A DNA stretch of 64,000 bases. Source: an uncultured Verrucomicrobiae bacterium (lineage in GTDB: Bacteria > Verrucomicrobiota > Verrucomicrobiia > Chthoniobacterales > JAATET01). The stretch's first letter is position 1. Each line of letters opens with the position of its first letter. The translations under genes were made by a program, and so were the position numbers. Location: the NCBI GenBank assembly GCA_963719495.1, contig CAVRCI010000002.1, positions 384,001 to 448,000 on the forward strand, in the 5' to 3' direction. A model generated the notes under the pieces. That model saw only the letters and a program-made list of their open reading frames with translations. It searched no databases and was not told the origin of the DNA. This document shows, one piece after another, positions 36,269-45,645 of this stretch.

Positions 36269-37310
36269 CTTCGAAGTTTGTTTTGCTCTGGATCCCGGTG
36301 TGGCGGCGCCCTGGAGCGGGTTTCTCATGGTGGAACGCTTCCCGCACGCGGGCGGTGGCGTTCTGGATTGCACTGGACCAATTCATCATGAGCAGGTGAC
36401 CGAGGCCGAGCATCCCGGCCAAGGCGACCACGAAGACGGCGTAGCCGGCAGCGTGGTGAAAGACGGTGGGGTGCTCGAGCGATCCGATGGCAAATTCCGG
36501 ACCAAACGCGATGGTTCCCAAAGTGAGCAACATGATGCGCGCCATGTTGCCAACCACCGCCAGCGGGACGGCGCAGGCAAAGAGTAGCCACTGTTTCCAC
36601 ACGGGCCGCACGGCGAACCAAGCGTAGAGAGCTGTCACCATGGTCAGCGCGAAGAGGGACCTGATGCCGCTGCACGGATCGGCAACGTCCACGGAAAATC
36701 CCGAACCCCGCGGGAGCTGGAGGAGCGCGTTCGGAGCGGAAAGGATTGCGGTGCCTTGTTGGACGGTCGCGATGCCGAGGCCATTGAGCAGGACGACGCT
36801 GGCGTCCGACATGATGAGGCGGAGTCGGAAGGCCAGCATAGTCTCAAGGAAAATGAGCGGGAGCGCGAAGCAGAGAAACGCCCACGGGAAAGCCAACTCG
36901 CGCATCCAGCGCCAGCCGAAGATAAGAATGATCCCGCCGAGGAGGATCAACATCAGCGACGTGATGCCGATGAAGTAATTGTCGACGCGGTAACCCACCC
37001 AGTAGCTGAACAGACCGAACGCGAGCGGCAGGACTCCCAGGAAAGCGCCGCGCACGGGCAGCGCCGCCAAGCTCTCCCGTTTTCGCCACACCAGAAACGC
37101 GACGATTCCGGGCACGAGAAAACAGTGTTGCCATTCCTCGCCCCGCCAAAACTTGAAGGTGTAATAGGTGAGCGGAAAGCGATCCGGACTGTAGCCAGTG
37201 GCGTAGGGGACGGCCGCGAACAGCACCGCAAAAACCGCTAGAACGAGGACGGATCCAATCCAAGCGGCGCGATATTTCGGAGACAGGAGGAGAGACTTGA
37301 AGGTGGACAC
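36258..37310 (-). CDS. Exosortase (EpsH family)
   Basis: Multi-TM; VADPCSGIRSL (catalytic Cys), GNMARI (Arg), FHHAAG (His). Confidence 0.9.
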   Translation of the reverse strand: MSTFKSLLLSPKYRAAWIGSVLVLAVFAVLFAAVPYATGYSPDRFPLTYYTFKFWRGEEWQHCFLVPGIVAFLVWRKRESLAALPVRGAFLGVLPLAFGLFSYWVGYRVDNYFIGITSLMLILLGGIILIFGWRWMRELAFPWAFLCFALPLIFLETMLAFRLRLIMSDASVVLLNGLGIATVQQGTAILSAPNALLQLPRGSGFSVDVADPCSGIRSLFALTMVTALYAWFAVRPVWKQWLLFACAVPLAVVGNMARIMLLTLGTIAFGPEFAIGSLEHPTVFHHAAGYAVFVVALAGMLGLGHLLMMNWSSAIQNATARVREAFHHEKPAPGRRHTGIQSKTNFEDAY

Positions 37311-37485
37311 AAGATGCTTGCCTCAGATGATGACAGAAAAGCGGGACATTGCCAGCGACGGAAATTCCGTCTCTGCCTCCCTGCGATCGGGGTGGGAGGG
37401 TCACGCGATGCGATGCGGCTTTCCGCGGGGTTCGCGAGCGGATTCAGGCTTGAATGTCGTCCCGAATGATCCAGTTTTCGACGCG

Positions 37486-38268
37486 ATGAAGGAACGAGCC
37501 CCGGCCCCGCGCGTCAACATTCTCGGCGTGGGTGTGAGCGCAGTTTCCCTGTATCAGGCGACCCGCCTCATCGTCGACGGATTGGCTGGGGGCGCGCGCG
37601 GCTACGTCACCGTGACGGGCGTGCATGGGGTGACCGAAGCTCAGACCGACCCCAAATTTCGAACGATCCTCAACGAAGCGTGGATGACGACGCCCGACGG
37701 GATGCCGCTTTCTTGGATCGGGCGTTCCCAGGGTTTCGGCTCGATGGATCGGGTTTACGGGCCGGATCTGATGTTGCAGGTCTTTGCCGCCACCCAGGAT
37801 GGATCGGTCCGGCATTTTTTCTACGGGGGCAATGACGGAGTCGCGGAGGATCTCAAGTCGGCCATGGAGAACCGATTTCCCGGCGTCAATGTCTGTGGGA
37901 CCCTTACGCCGCCGTTCCGACCGCTGACCGACGAGGAAGAGTATGGATTGAGCGAAAGCGTACGGGCCTGTCGCCCCGATCTTCTCTGGATTGGCCTGAG
38001 CACGCCGAAGCAGGAACGCTTCATGGCATCCCACCTTGGGAAACTCGACGTTCAAATGATGGTCGGGGTGGGGGCGGCGTTCGATTTTCACACCGGACGA
38101 GTTTCCCAGGCTCCGTATTGGATGCAGATGGCCGGTTTGGAGTGGCTCTACCGGCTGTGCCACGAACCCCGGCGTCTCGGCCGAAGGTATCTGGTCAATA
38201 ATCCCTTGTTCATTGTCCGGATGATTGGGCAATATTGCGGGTTCCAACGGCAATTGCCGTTCAACTGA
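37486..38268 (+). CDS. WecB/TagA/CpsF family glycosyltransferase (GT26)
   Basis: PDGMPL, RVYGPDLM, FFYGG, GLSTPKQE, GVGAAFDF, GLEWLYRL..EPRRL.RRY. Confidence 0.92.
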   Translation: MKERAPAPRVNILGVGVSAVSLYQATRLIVDGLAGGARGYVTVTGVHGVTEAQTDPKFRTILNEAWMTTPDGMPLSWIGRSQGFGSMDRVYGPDLMLQVFAATQDGSVRHFFYGGNDGVAEDLKSAMENRFPGVNVCGTLTPPFRPLTDEEEYGLSESVRACRPDLLWIGLSTPKQERFMASHLGKLDVQMMVGVGAAFDFHTGRVSQAPYWMQMAGLEWLYRLCHEPRRLGRRYLVNNPLFIVRMIGQYCGFQRQLPFN

Positions 38269-38301
38269 GGTCCGTTTAGGGCCCTCGAAACCTTTATTCT
38301 T

Positions 38302-39297
38302 ATGTCGAACAGTTCACTCATCGTTGTCACCGGAGCCGGCGGGTTTATCGGCGGTCACCTCGTTCGGGCGCTGTGGAACGACGGCCATCGAAACATTCGG
38401 GCGGTCGACAAGAAGCCGCTGGACGAATGGTTTCAAGCCCTCGACGGCGTGGAAAATGTCGTGCTCGATTTGCAGCTGCTCGAAGCGTGCCACGCCGCGG
38501 TGAAAGATGCCGGGATCGTCTACAACCTGGCCGCCGACATGGGCGGGATGGGTTTCATCGAGTTGAACAAGGCCCTGTGCATGCTGAGCGTGTTGATCAA
38601 CACGCACTTGCTGGTCGCCGCCAAGGAGGCCGGGGTCGAGCGGTATTTTTACGCCTCTTCCGCGTGCGTCTACGCCGCGGACAAGCAAGTCGACACGGCG
38701 GTGACCGCTTTGAAGGAGTCGGACGCTTATCCCGCGATGCCGGAGGACGGGTATGGCTGGGAAAAATTATTCAGCGAGCGGATGTGCCGCCATTACCAGG
38801 AAGATTTTGGTCTCGTGACGCGGGTTGCGCGATACCACAACGTTTACGGCCCGGAGGGAACCTACGACGGCGGCCGGGAGAAAGCGCCCGCGGCGATCTG
38901 CCGTAAGGTGATCGAAGCAAAATTGTCCGGCAATCACGAGATCGAAATTTGGGGCGACGGCGAGCAGACGCGTAGCTTCCAATTCATCGACGATTGCGTG
39001 AAGGGAACCCGGATGTTGATGGAGAGCGATTTCAGTGATCCCATCAATCTGGGGAGCAGCGAAATGGTCTCGATCAATCAGCTGGTCGACATCGTCGAAG
39101 AAATCGCGGGGATCAAATTGGAGCGAAAATACAATCTTTCGGCTCCCAAGGGTGTCAACGGACGAAACAGCGACAACGAATTGATTCAAGAGGTTCTCGG
39201 ATGGGAACCCTCGACGCGCTTGAAGGACGGACTCGCGATCACCTACCAGTGGATTCTCGAGGAAATCGAGAAGAAGAGCGTTCACGAGATGGCCTGA
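38302..39297 (+). CDS. NAD-dependent epimerase, GDP-mannose 3',5'-epimerase-like
   Basis: TGAGGFIG, AADMGGMGFI, SSACVY, PEDGYGWEK, GGREKAPAAICRK, WGDGEQTRSF, GRNSDN. Confidence 0.85.
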   Translation: MSNSSLIVVTGAGGFIGGHLVRALWNDGHRNIRAVDKKPLDEWFQALDGVENVVLDLQLLEACHAAVKDAGIVYNLAADMGGMGFIELNKALCMLSVLINTHLLVAAKEAGVERYFYASSACVYAADKQVDTAVTALKESDAYPAMPEDGYGWEKLFSERMCRHYQEDFGLVTRVARYHNVYGPEGTYDGGREKAPAAICRKVIEAKLSGNHEIEIWGDGEQTRSFQFIDDCVKGTRMLMESDFSDPINLGSSEMVSINQLVDIVEEIAGIKLERKYNLSAPKGVNGRNSDNELIQEVLGWEPSTRLKDGLAITYQWILEEIEKKSVHEMA

Positions 39298-39453
39298 GAT
39301 TTTCAGGTGTTCGAAGTGGGTCGGATACCGGCTCGTCTTTTCTCCGCCTGCTCGCTCGATTCCCGTCCCAAACTCAAGAGATCGTTCAGCCCGCGCAATC
39401 CTGGGCTCGTCTCTACGCTGGACATCATGGAGAGGCTGGGATCTTTACAGTGA

Positions 39454-41292
39454 ATGCTTTCATCTCCTCGCCAAGTTCCAAAGTGGGCTTTGTTGTTGCT
39501 CCTGCTAGGAACGGTTGTCGGCCTCGGATTGGTGGTCGGTCCAATCATGCACGAGTCCGACCAGGCGTCGTTCCTGCGGGGAGCGGAGCGCTTGAGTTCT
39601 GGAAAGGATTCGCCGTGGGCGGCGTCGTTTTACAATTACGATAAGCAATTCGGGGCGTATTGGATCGTTGCGGCGGTGCGATGGGCGGCTCCCGGCGCGG
39701 ATCTGGTGCTCCTGGGCAATGTCGTGAGCTTCGCGATTTTCTGGGGAGGTTTGGCGGTGTTGTTGGTTGTCCGCCCATGCCGGAGCTGGCTGCAGGTGGC
39801 GGCGGTGGCCAGCTGTTTTCTGGCACCCGCGTATCTCATCCACACGCCGTTTCTGGCGTCGGCCTTCATGGCCAATGGATTTTTGTTTCTCGCGGCGGCT
39901 TGCTGGGGTGGGGGACGCTTTCGGCTCTCGCGGCGGATGGGTTCGCTGGTGGCGCTGGCGTTGGCGACCGCGTGCCGGGCGGATGCGCTTCTCGTGCTGC
40001 CACTCTTCGCGTGGCTGGTGATCCCGGTGAGCGGACCGATGGGGTGGCTGCGGCGGAAATGGGTTTACGCGATCGCGTTTTCCGGGATCGTCGTTGTGGT
40101 GTTGGGTCGGTGGGTTTATTCCGGCGATCCGATCGACCTTCATCCGCCGTTTTTCTATCCAAAGATTTTTGCGGCGTTCTTCGTGTTTGGAATGGGGGCC
40201 GCGGCGCTCGTCTCGGCACTCCTCGGGGCGAGGCTGCTCGGGGTGGCGATCCGACGGATGCGCCGGGGGCCGCGGCTGGCAATTTTCTACGCCGGGGGCC
40301 TTGTCGCGCTGTTTGTCCCGATGGGATATTACTCGGTGCAATTGTTCTCACCGCGCTACTGGGCGGTTTTTCTGGCGGGGATGATCCTGTTTCTTGCGAG
40401 TCGCCGGGGCGAGCGATTGCTGCGTTCGATTGCGGGCCGTTGGCAACTGCCAATGGCGATCGCTCTAATGATCGCGTCGCTGGCACCGGTGTGGGTCGGT
40501 GTTCGGTTGCCGGATATGCGGCATCCCGCTCTGACTTCGAATTCTCCGACCCTTTTCCCTTCGGCGGATGGCTGGATTCCGATGGGTGCCTTTGCGAGTC
40601 ATTTGGCTCGAACGCGGTCGGGTGCGGAGGGTGGCGTCGATCACAATCAGGCGACGTGGTTGGCGGCAATGTCGGCGGATTACGGTGAGGGATCCGGCGC
40701 GGTCCCGGTGCTGCAGACTCCGCTCCAGACCTACCTCGAATTGGCGATCGAGCTGAAGGGGCGGACGTGGCGACAGTCCCGCGATGGGGATCCGACGATG
40801 ATGACGGACCTTCGGCAGCTGCTTCGTGAAAACAACGCCTTCACGGGACTAGCGGATCAGGATGTCGGTGCGTTGCGGTCGGTTTATGGCATCGAGGTGG
40901 TCTCGGACGTCGTGGATGGCTATTGCATCGTGCGCCTCGAGCGGGGGGCGGCGACCTCGCCGGAGGTCGAACGGCTGTTCGGGCTGAGTCGTTTGTTCGG
41001 CGGGAACGAATTCGAGCTGATCGATGGGGGCGGTGAAATCTCGGAGCGCCTCGGCGGACCGGAATGGGCGGGCAAATCGGTCGTGCTCTACGGTCCGGTT
41101 GCATTCACGGTCGAGACGACGGGACCGGATGGAATCCCGAGGAGCGTCACGGCCAAGAAGGACGCGGATATTGGCTACGGCCTCGTTTTGACCGGGGCCG
41201 ACCGGCTGGAAGCGAGTTTTTCCGTGGCGGGAAGCCTGCCGCGGGCCGCGGTCGCGAGACTGCCGGACTACATGAGGGTCCAGGGGCTCTAG
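39454..41292 (+). CDS. Large multi-pass membrane protein, possible GT-C glycosyltransferase
   Basis: About 10 hydrophobic segments, acidic ESDQ after TM1, soluble C-terminal domain; function inferred from context only. Confidence 0.6.
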   Translation: MLSSPRQVPKWALLLLLLGTVVGLGLVVGPIMHESDQASFLRGAERLSSGKDSPWAASFYNYDKQFGAYWIVAAVRWAAPGADLVLLGNVVSFAIFWGGLAVLLVVRPCRSWLQVAAVASCFLAPAYLIHTPFLASAFMANGFLFLAAACWGGGRFRLSRRMGSLVALALATACRADALLVLPLFAWLVIPVSGPMGWLRRKWVYAIAFSGIVVVVLGRWVYSGDPIDLHPPFFYPKIFAAFFVFGMGAAALVSALLGARLLGVAIRRMRRGPRLAIFYAGGLVALFVPMGYYSVQLFSPRYWAVFLAGMILFLASRRGERLLRSIAGRWQLPMAIALMIASLAPVWVGVRLPDMRHPALTSNSPTLFPSADGWIPMGAFASHLARTRSGAEGGVDHNQATWLAAMSADYGEGSGAVPVLQTPLQTYLELAIELKGRTWRQSRDGDPTMMTDLRQLLRENNAFTGLADQDVGALRSVYGIEVVSDVVDGYCIVRLERGAATSPEVERLFGLSRLFGGNEFELIDGGGEISERLGGPEWAGKSVVLYGPVAFTVETTGPDGIPRSVTAKKDADIGYGLVLTGADRLEASFSVAGSLPRAAVARLPDYMRVQGL

Positions 41293-41430
41293 AGCATTTC
41301 TAGTAATGGCGTGGCAGCTCAGAGCTATTGTGGTCGCCGTGTCGGCGACTTGGCGCTTGTGTGACGTGACTACTACGTCCAGAGAATGCGTCGCAAAGCG
41401 ACGCGACTACAGAATTCTTAAAAATGCTCT
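41291..41430. mobile_element. Possible MITE-like element (~140 bp)
   Basis: Ends AGAGCATTT ... AAATGCTCT (9 bp perfect, extendable with mismatches); internal palindromes GTCGCCG..CGGCGAC and GCGTCGCAAAGCGACGC. Confidence 0.4.
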
Positions 41431-41446
41431 CTTTGGTCAAGTTCGG

Positions 41447-42544
41447 TCAGGCCAGATCGTCGAACGTCTTGAGAGCAAACGCGACCACTTGGTCCATGTT
41501 GTAATACTTGTATTGCGCGAGTCGCCCAACGAAGTGGACGTTTGGCTCGGCGGCTGCGAGGGATTGGTATTTCTCGAATTGCCGCTGACAGTCGGGCGCT
41601 GGGATCGGGTAGTAGGCTTCCCGGCCTACCGTGTATTCCTCCGGGAATTCGCGGACGATGGTGGTGTTGGGAGCCCGCTGGCCGGTGGCGTGCTTGATCT
41701 CGACGATGCGGGTGAAGTCGTGGTCGTTCGGGTAGTTGATCTGCATCGCGGATTGGAAAAATTCGACCGGGAGGGATTCGCGCTCGAATCGCAGGGACCG
41801 ATAGGGAAGGGGGCCGAACCGAAAATCGAAATACTCGTCGATCATCCCGGTGAAGATCAGGGAATCGAACGAGAATTGGTCCAGGGCCGAGCGGAAATCG
41901 AGGCCGAGTTCGACGGTGATGAGCGGGTGGTCGAGGAGTCGGCGGAAGAGTGCCGTGTAACCTTCCTTCGGGAGGGCTTGGAAGCGCTCGGAAAGATACC
42001 GATCGTCGCGATTGAAGCGAAGCGGGATGCGGCCGCACACCGAGGCGTCGAGATCGCGCGGGTGCCGGTTCCATTGTTTCAAGGTGTAACCTTCGAAGAA
42101 CATCTCGTAGAGCGGGCGGCCCACTTGCGAAAGGATGACCTCCTCGGAATTCGTTGGATTGGGAATGTCCATCCGCCAACCGGCCAGGGTCGACTCCATT
42201 TCTTCCGGCGTCGAATGATGACCGACGAATTGCTCGAACGTATTGAGATTGATCGGGAAGTTCCACAGGCGGCCGTGCGTGTTGGAGAGGATGCGGTAAT
42301 CAACCGGATGCCAGTCGGTGAACTGGCTGAGATAATCGATGATCTTCTGTGAGTTCGTCCGAAAATAATGCGGTCCGTAGCGGTGAACGAGGATTCCGGA
42401 GGGATCGAATTCGTCGTAGGCGTTGCCGCCGATGTGGTCCCGGCGGTCGATGAGTAGACATTTCTTACCGGCGACGCTGGCGAGGCGTTCGGCGAGGACG
42501 GCACCGGCGAACCCGGCTCCGACGATGAGGTGGTCGAAATGCAC
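41447..42544 (-). CDS. glf: UDP-galactopyranose mutase
   Basis: IVGAGFAG, HIGGNAYD, HRYGPHYFRTN, GYTLKQW, LPYRSL, YYPIP, GRLAQYKYYNMDQ. Confidence 0.95.
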   Translation of the reverse strand: MHFDHLIVGAGFAGAVLAERLASVAGKKCLLIDRRDHIGGNAYDEFDPSGILVHRYGPHYFRTNSQKIIDYLSQFTDWHPVDYRILSNTHGRLWNFPINLNTFEQFVGHHSTPEEMESTLAGWRMDIPNPTNSEEVILSQVGRPLYEMFFEGYTLKQWNRHPRDLDASVCGRIPLRFNRDDRYLSERFQALPKEGYTALFRRLLDHPLITVELGLDFRSALDQFSFDSLIFTGMIDEYFDFRFGPLPYRSLRFERESLPVEFFQSAMQINYPNDHDFTRIVEIKHATGQRAPNTTIVREFPEEYTVGREAYYPIPAPDCQRQFEKYQSLAAAEPNVHFVGRLAQYKYYNMDQVVAFALKTFDDLA

Positions 42545-42557
42545 GTTCAGTGTGGGA

Positions 42558-43280
42558 TCACGAGATCGATTGGAGATGCGTGCGCAGTTCGAGCGCTTTG
42601 CTGCCGAAGCTGCTGAGAGCCACGTGGGGCTCGCCACCGTAACGCTCACGAAACCGGATCGGAACGTAACCGTGGCGAACATCGGAAGCCCGCCCGAGCA
42701 GGACAGCGAGGCCGATATTCACGAGAGAAAACGACGCGGGCATCCGGTCGATCTCGGGTTGGAGCGCGGTCGTTCGCATCAAACGATATGGGACGTTTGC
42801 GTCGCGACAATTCACGCGGGTCGTGGCGAGCAGGAAAATTCTTAGCACGAGGCTGGCGACGACGCGCTTGAAGCCGTCGTCACGATGTTTGCGGACGCCG
42901 TAGATGACATCAAAGGCTTCCCGTTCCCGCCAGAATTTGAAGAAATATTGCGGATCGCACTGACCGTCGGAATCGATTTGGAGGATGTGGCGCGCGCCCC
43001 GTTCGGCGGCCATTCGGTAACCGTGCAGGCAGGCTTGTCCGTGCCCGGCGTTTTTTTGCGTGACGACCTGAAGCCGGGTTCCGATGGCTTGCTGAAGCCG
43101 CTCGAGGATCTCCAAGGTCCCGTCGGTGGAACCGTCGTTGATCACCAGAATTTGGAAATCTTCGGTCCACCCCGCGATCTCCTCGTTCCACTCGATGATG
43201 ACCTTCCGGATGGACGCGTGCTCGTTGTAAACCGGGATGACGACGGTGAGCTGAGGCTGGGTGGACGGATCGGCCTGCAT
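42558..43280 (-). CDS. Glycosyltransferase family 2, polyprenol-phosphate glycosyltransferase (DPM1-like)
   Basis: VVIPVYNE, INDGSTDGT, NAGHGQA, QIDSDGQCDP, VPIRFRER.GG. Confidence 0.85.
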   Translation of the reverse strand: MQADPSTQPQLTVVIPVYNEHASIRKVIIEWNEEIAGWTEDFQILVINDGSTDGTLEILERLQQAIGTRLQVVTQKNAGHGQACLHGYRMAAERGARHILQIDSDGQCDPQYFFKFWREREAFDVIYGVRKHRDDGFKRVVASLVLRIFLLATTRVNCRDANVPYRLMRTTALQPEIDRMPASFSLVNIGLAVLLGRASDVRHGYVPIRFRERYGGEPHVALSSFGSKALELRTHLQSIS

Positions 43281-43411
43281 GAGAAAAGGGTGCCGATATC
43301 AACATTTGACGCGGGGATGTCGATCCCTAATCCCGGATCGGCGATGGGCTGGCTAACGAGGGAGCGGGCGAGCCGAAGAGCCGTTGATCCTGATTGGCGA
43401 AGGCCCGCTTT

Positions 43412-44527
43412 TCAGCGGGTGAGATGGCTTATGGCGACTTGTTCGTAGACGGCGAGCGTCCGTTCGGCAATTTTTCGCCACGCGTATTTTTCCCGGAGGC
43501 GAGCGGCGAGTTCGCGAGCGGTGTCGGGCGACATCGAGAGAACGGCAGCGACCGCCGACTCGAAAGAATCCGGATCGGCGTGAGAGAATCCGCCGATCGC
43601 CGGATGATCGAGAATTTCCGCCGTCGCGGTTTCTTCGACGAATACGACGGGGGTGCCGACGAACGTAGCTTCCAAGGCCGGGAGGCCGAATCCCTCGATC
43701 TCGGAGGGAAATATCAGGGCGCGGGCGGAGGCGAATGTCTCAAGGAGTTCGGAGGTGGTCGGGATGGTCTGGCTCTGAACGTTGCGACAGCTCGATGCCA
43801 GCATCTTTTGGTGGGGAGTGAGATCGCCGACGAGGAGCAGTCCGGGGTGGTCGGGGTGTCGGGTTTCGAACAATCGCCAGAGTTCCAGCAAGCGGTCGAT
43901 TTTTTTGTGGGGAAGCGGCGAGGCCAGAGCGACGACTTGGTTCGTCTGTTTCGCGGTGCGATTGGTGGCCACCGGATCATCGAAACACCCTTGGTAAGTT
44001 ACGGTAATGGGGGGCGGGCGGATGGCGAACCGGTCGCAGAAGGACAGGATTGCCCGACGTGAAAATTCCGAGACGGTGATCACGTGGTCGGAGCGAGCGA
44101 TCGAGTAGCGAAGCAGGTGCGACCAGTAGGCACCGGCAGAGCGACTCCGGGCAGCCGGGTAATGGTCGACGTAATGCTGAATGATGGTGTCGTGAATCGT
44201 CGTTACGCGAGGGGTCGACGGCAGGAAGAAAGGGAGAAATCCCTTGGGGTAGTGGCAGAGGGTGGCCGGGGGCAGAAAGGGCCCGTGCAGGTGATCAACG
44301 GCGAGGCGGAGGATCGGCCCGTCGGTAGCGACCGGCAGACATCGAGAGTGGTCGGAACGGGCGGGCGCGGCGGACGACTTCGATGTGAGATAGCGAAGCT
44401 CGACCCGGCTGAGGCGCTCGAGGGCTTCCGCGAGTTGGAGCGAGTAACCGGTGATGCCGCGACTGCGGTCGCGGTGGGGGTTTTGGTCGGCCAGATAGAA
44501 GGCGACGCTCGGCGGCGAGAAGATCAT
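43412..44527 (-). CDS. Glycosyltransferase family 4
   Basis: TIHD, ITVSEFS, HKK, FPSEIEGFGLPALEA. Confidence 0.88.
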   Translation of the reverse strand: MIFSPPSVAFYLADQNPHRDRSRGITGYSLQLAEALERLSRVELRYLTSKSSAAPARSDHSRCLPVATDGPILRLAVDHLHGPFLPPATLCHYPKGFLPFFLPSTPRVTTIHDTIIQHYVDHYPAARSRSAGAYWSHLLRYSIARSDHVITVSEFSRRAILSFCDRFAIRPPPITVTYQGCFDDPVATNRTAKQTNQVVALASPLPHKKIDRLLELWRLFETRHPDHPGLLLVGDLTPHQKMLASSCRNVQSQTIPTTSELLETFASARALIFPSEIEGFGLPALEATFVGTPVVFVEETATAEILDHPAIGGFSHADPDSFESAVAAVLSMSPDTARELAARLREKYAWRKIAERTLAVYEQVAISHLTR

Positions 44528-45585
44528 CGCGTGGATTCGCGGTAGACTTCAACCGTTTCGGCGGCGCAGCGATCCCAAGTGAATCGCCGGGCGTTGATCA
44601 AGCCGCGCTCGATGAGTTCGTGGCGAAGGGCTTCGTCCGACAGAATTCGTTTCATCGCGGTAACGTATTCCCGAGGCGTGGGATCGGCGAAAAGCACCGC
44701 GTCGCCGGCGACTTCTGGGAGGCTAGCGACGGGCGAGCAGATGACCGGGGTGCAGAGGCTTTGGGATTCGACGATGGGAAGGCCGAACCCCTCGTATCTC
44801 GTCGGGAAGAGCAGTGCCCTCGCACGGCCGAGAAGCGTGAACGTGACGTCGTCGGTTTGGTGACCGAGGAATAGCCAGCTGGCGGGCGGCGAAAGGGTCT
44901 CACCGACGCCCTGCCACCGGGTGCCCACGACGATGAGCGGCGGGAGCGCGATCTGGTTGGACTCGGCGTGGCGGTAGGCATCGAGGAGGAGCGCGAGGTT
45001 TTTGCCGGGTTCCAACGATCCGATGAAAAGGAAGAACTCGTCGGGTGTCCCGGGGGGGAGGGCGACGTCCATCGGCGGGGCGGCGACGGCTCCGCCGTTC
45101 GGCACGACTTCGATCCTGCTGGCGGGAAGACTCAATAATTCCATCGCTTCGTCCGCTGTGAAACGGCTGATGCAGATGATCCGATGGGCACCGTGGGTGC
45201 GGGCAAGAATGTGATTGGCAAGGGCTCGCTGCCAGGCTCGATACCGCCGGGGGAAGCGGACGGCCGCGAGGTCGTGAATGGTCAACACCTCCCGCGTTCG
45301 ACCGGCGGGCACCCGGATCATCCGGGCGTGAGTGTGGTGCACGATGTCGGGCCGGAGCTGGCGCAGGCGGGCTGGCGCGACCAGTGGTCCCCAGATGAGC
45401 TCGCGGAATCCGGTCTTGATGGCTCGCGCTGGTTGGCGATAACCGAAATTATCCACCTCCCACGCGACGGACGTGATGTTGACGGATGGGGCGACTATCG
45501 GGATCGCGGCGGTCAGCTCGCGAACGTAGCGGGCAACGCCGGCACGGGCGGTGTGAAGCGGGCAGGTGTCGATCGCGACGTTCAT
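44524..45585 (-). CDS. Glycosyltransferase family 4
   Basis: GVARY, TIHDLA, GSLEPGKN, FPTRYEGFGLPIVES, SLPEVAGDA, FTWDRCA. Confidence 0.9.
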   Translation of the reverse strand: MNVAIDTCPLHTARAGVARYVRELTAAIPIVAPSVNITSVAWEVDNFGYRQPARAIKTGFRELIWGPLVAPARLRQLRPDIVHHTHARMIRVPAGRTREVLTIHDLAAVRFPRRYRAWQRALANHILARTHGAHRIICISRFTADEAMELLSLPASRIEVVPNGGAVAAPPMDVALPPGTPDEFFLFIGSLEPGKNLALLLDAYRHAESNQIALPPLIVVGTRWQGVGETLSPPASWLFLGHQTDDVTFTLLGRARALLFPTRYEGFGLPIVESQSLCTPVICSPVASLPEVAGDAVLFADPTPREYVTAMKRILSDEALRHELIERGLINARRFTWDRCAAETVEVYRESTR

Positions 45586-45645
45586 ATTCAAATCACCCGG
45601 CTGTTTCCGACGTCGGTTCTTGCAAATCGACCGCGAGCGGACGAA

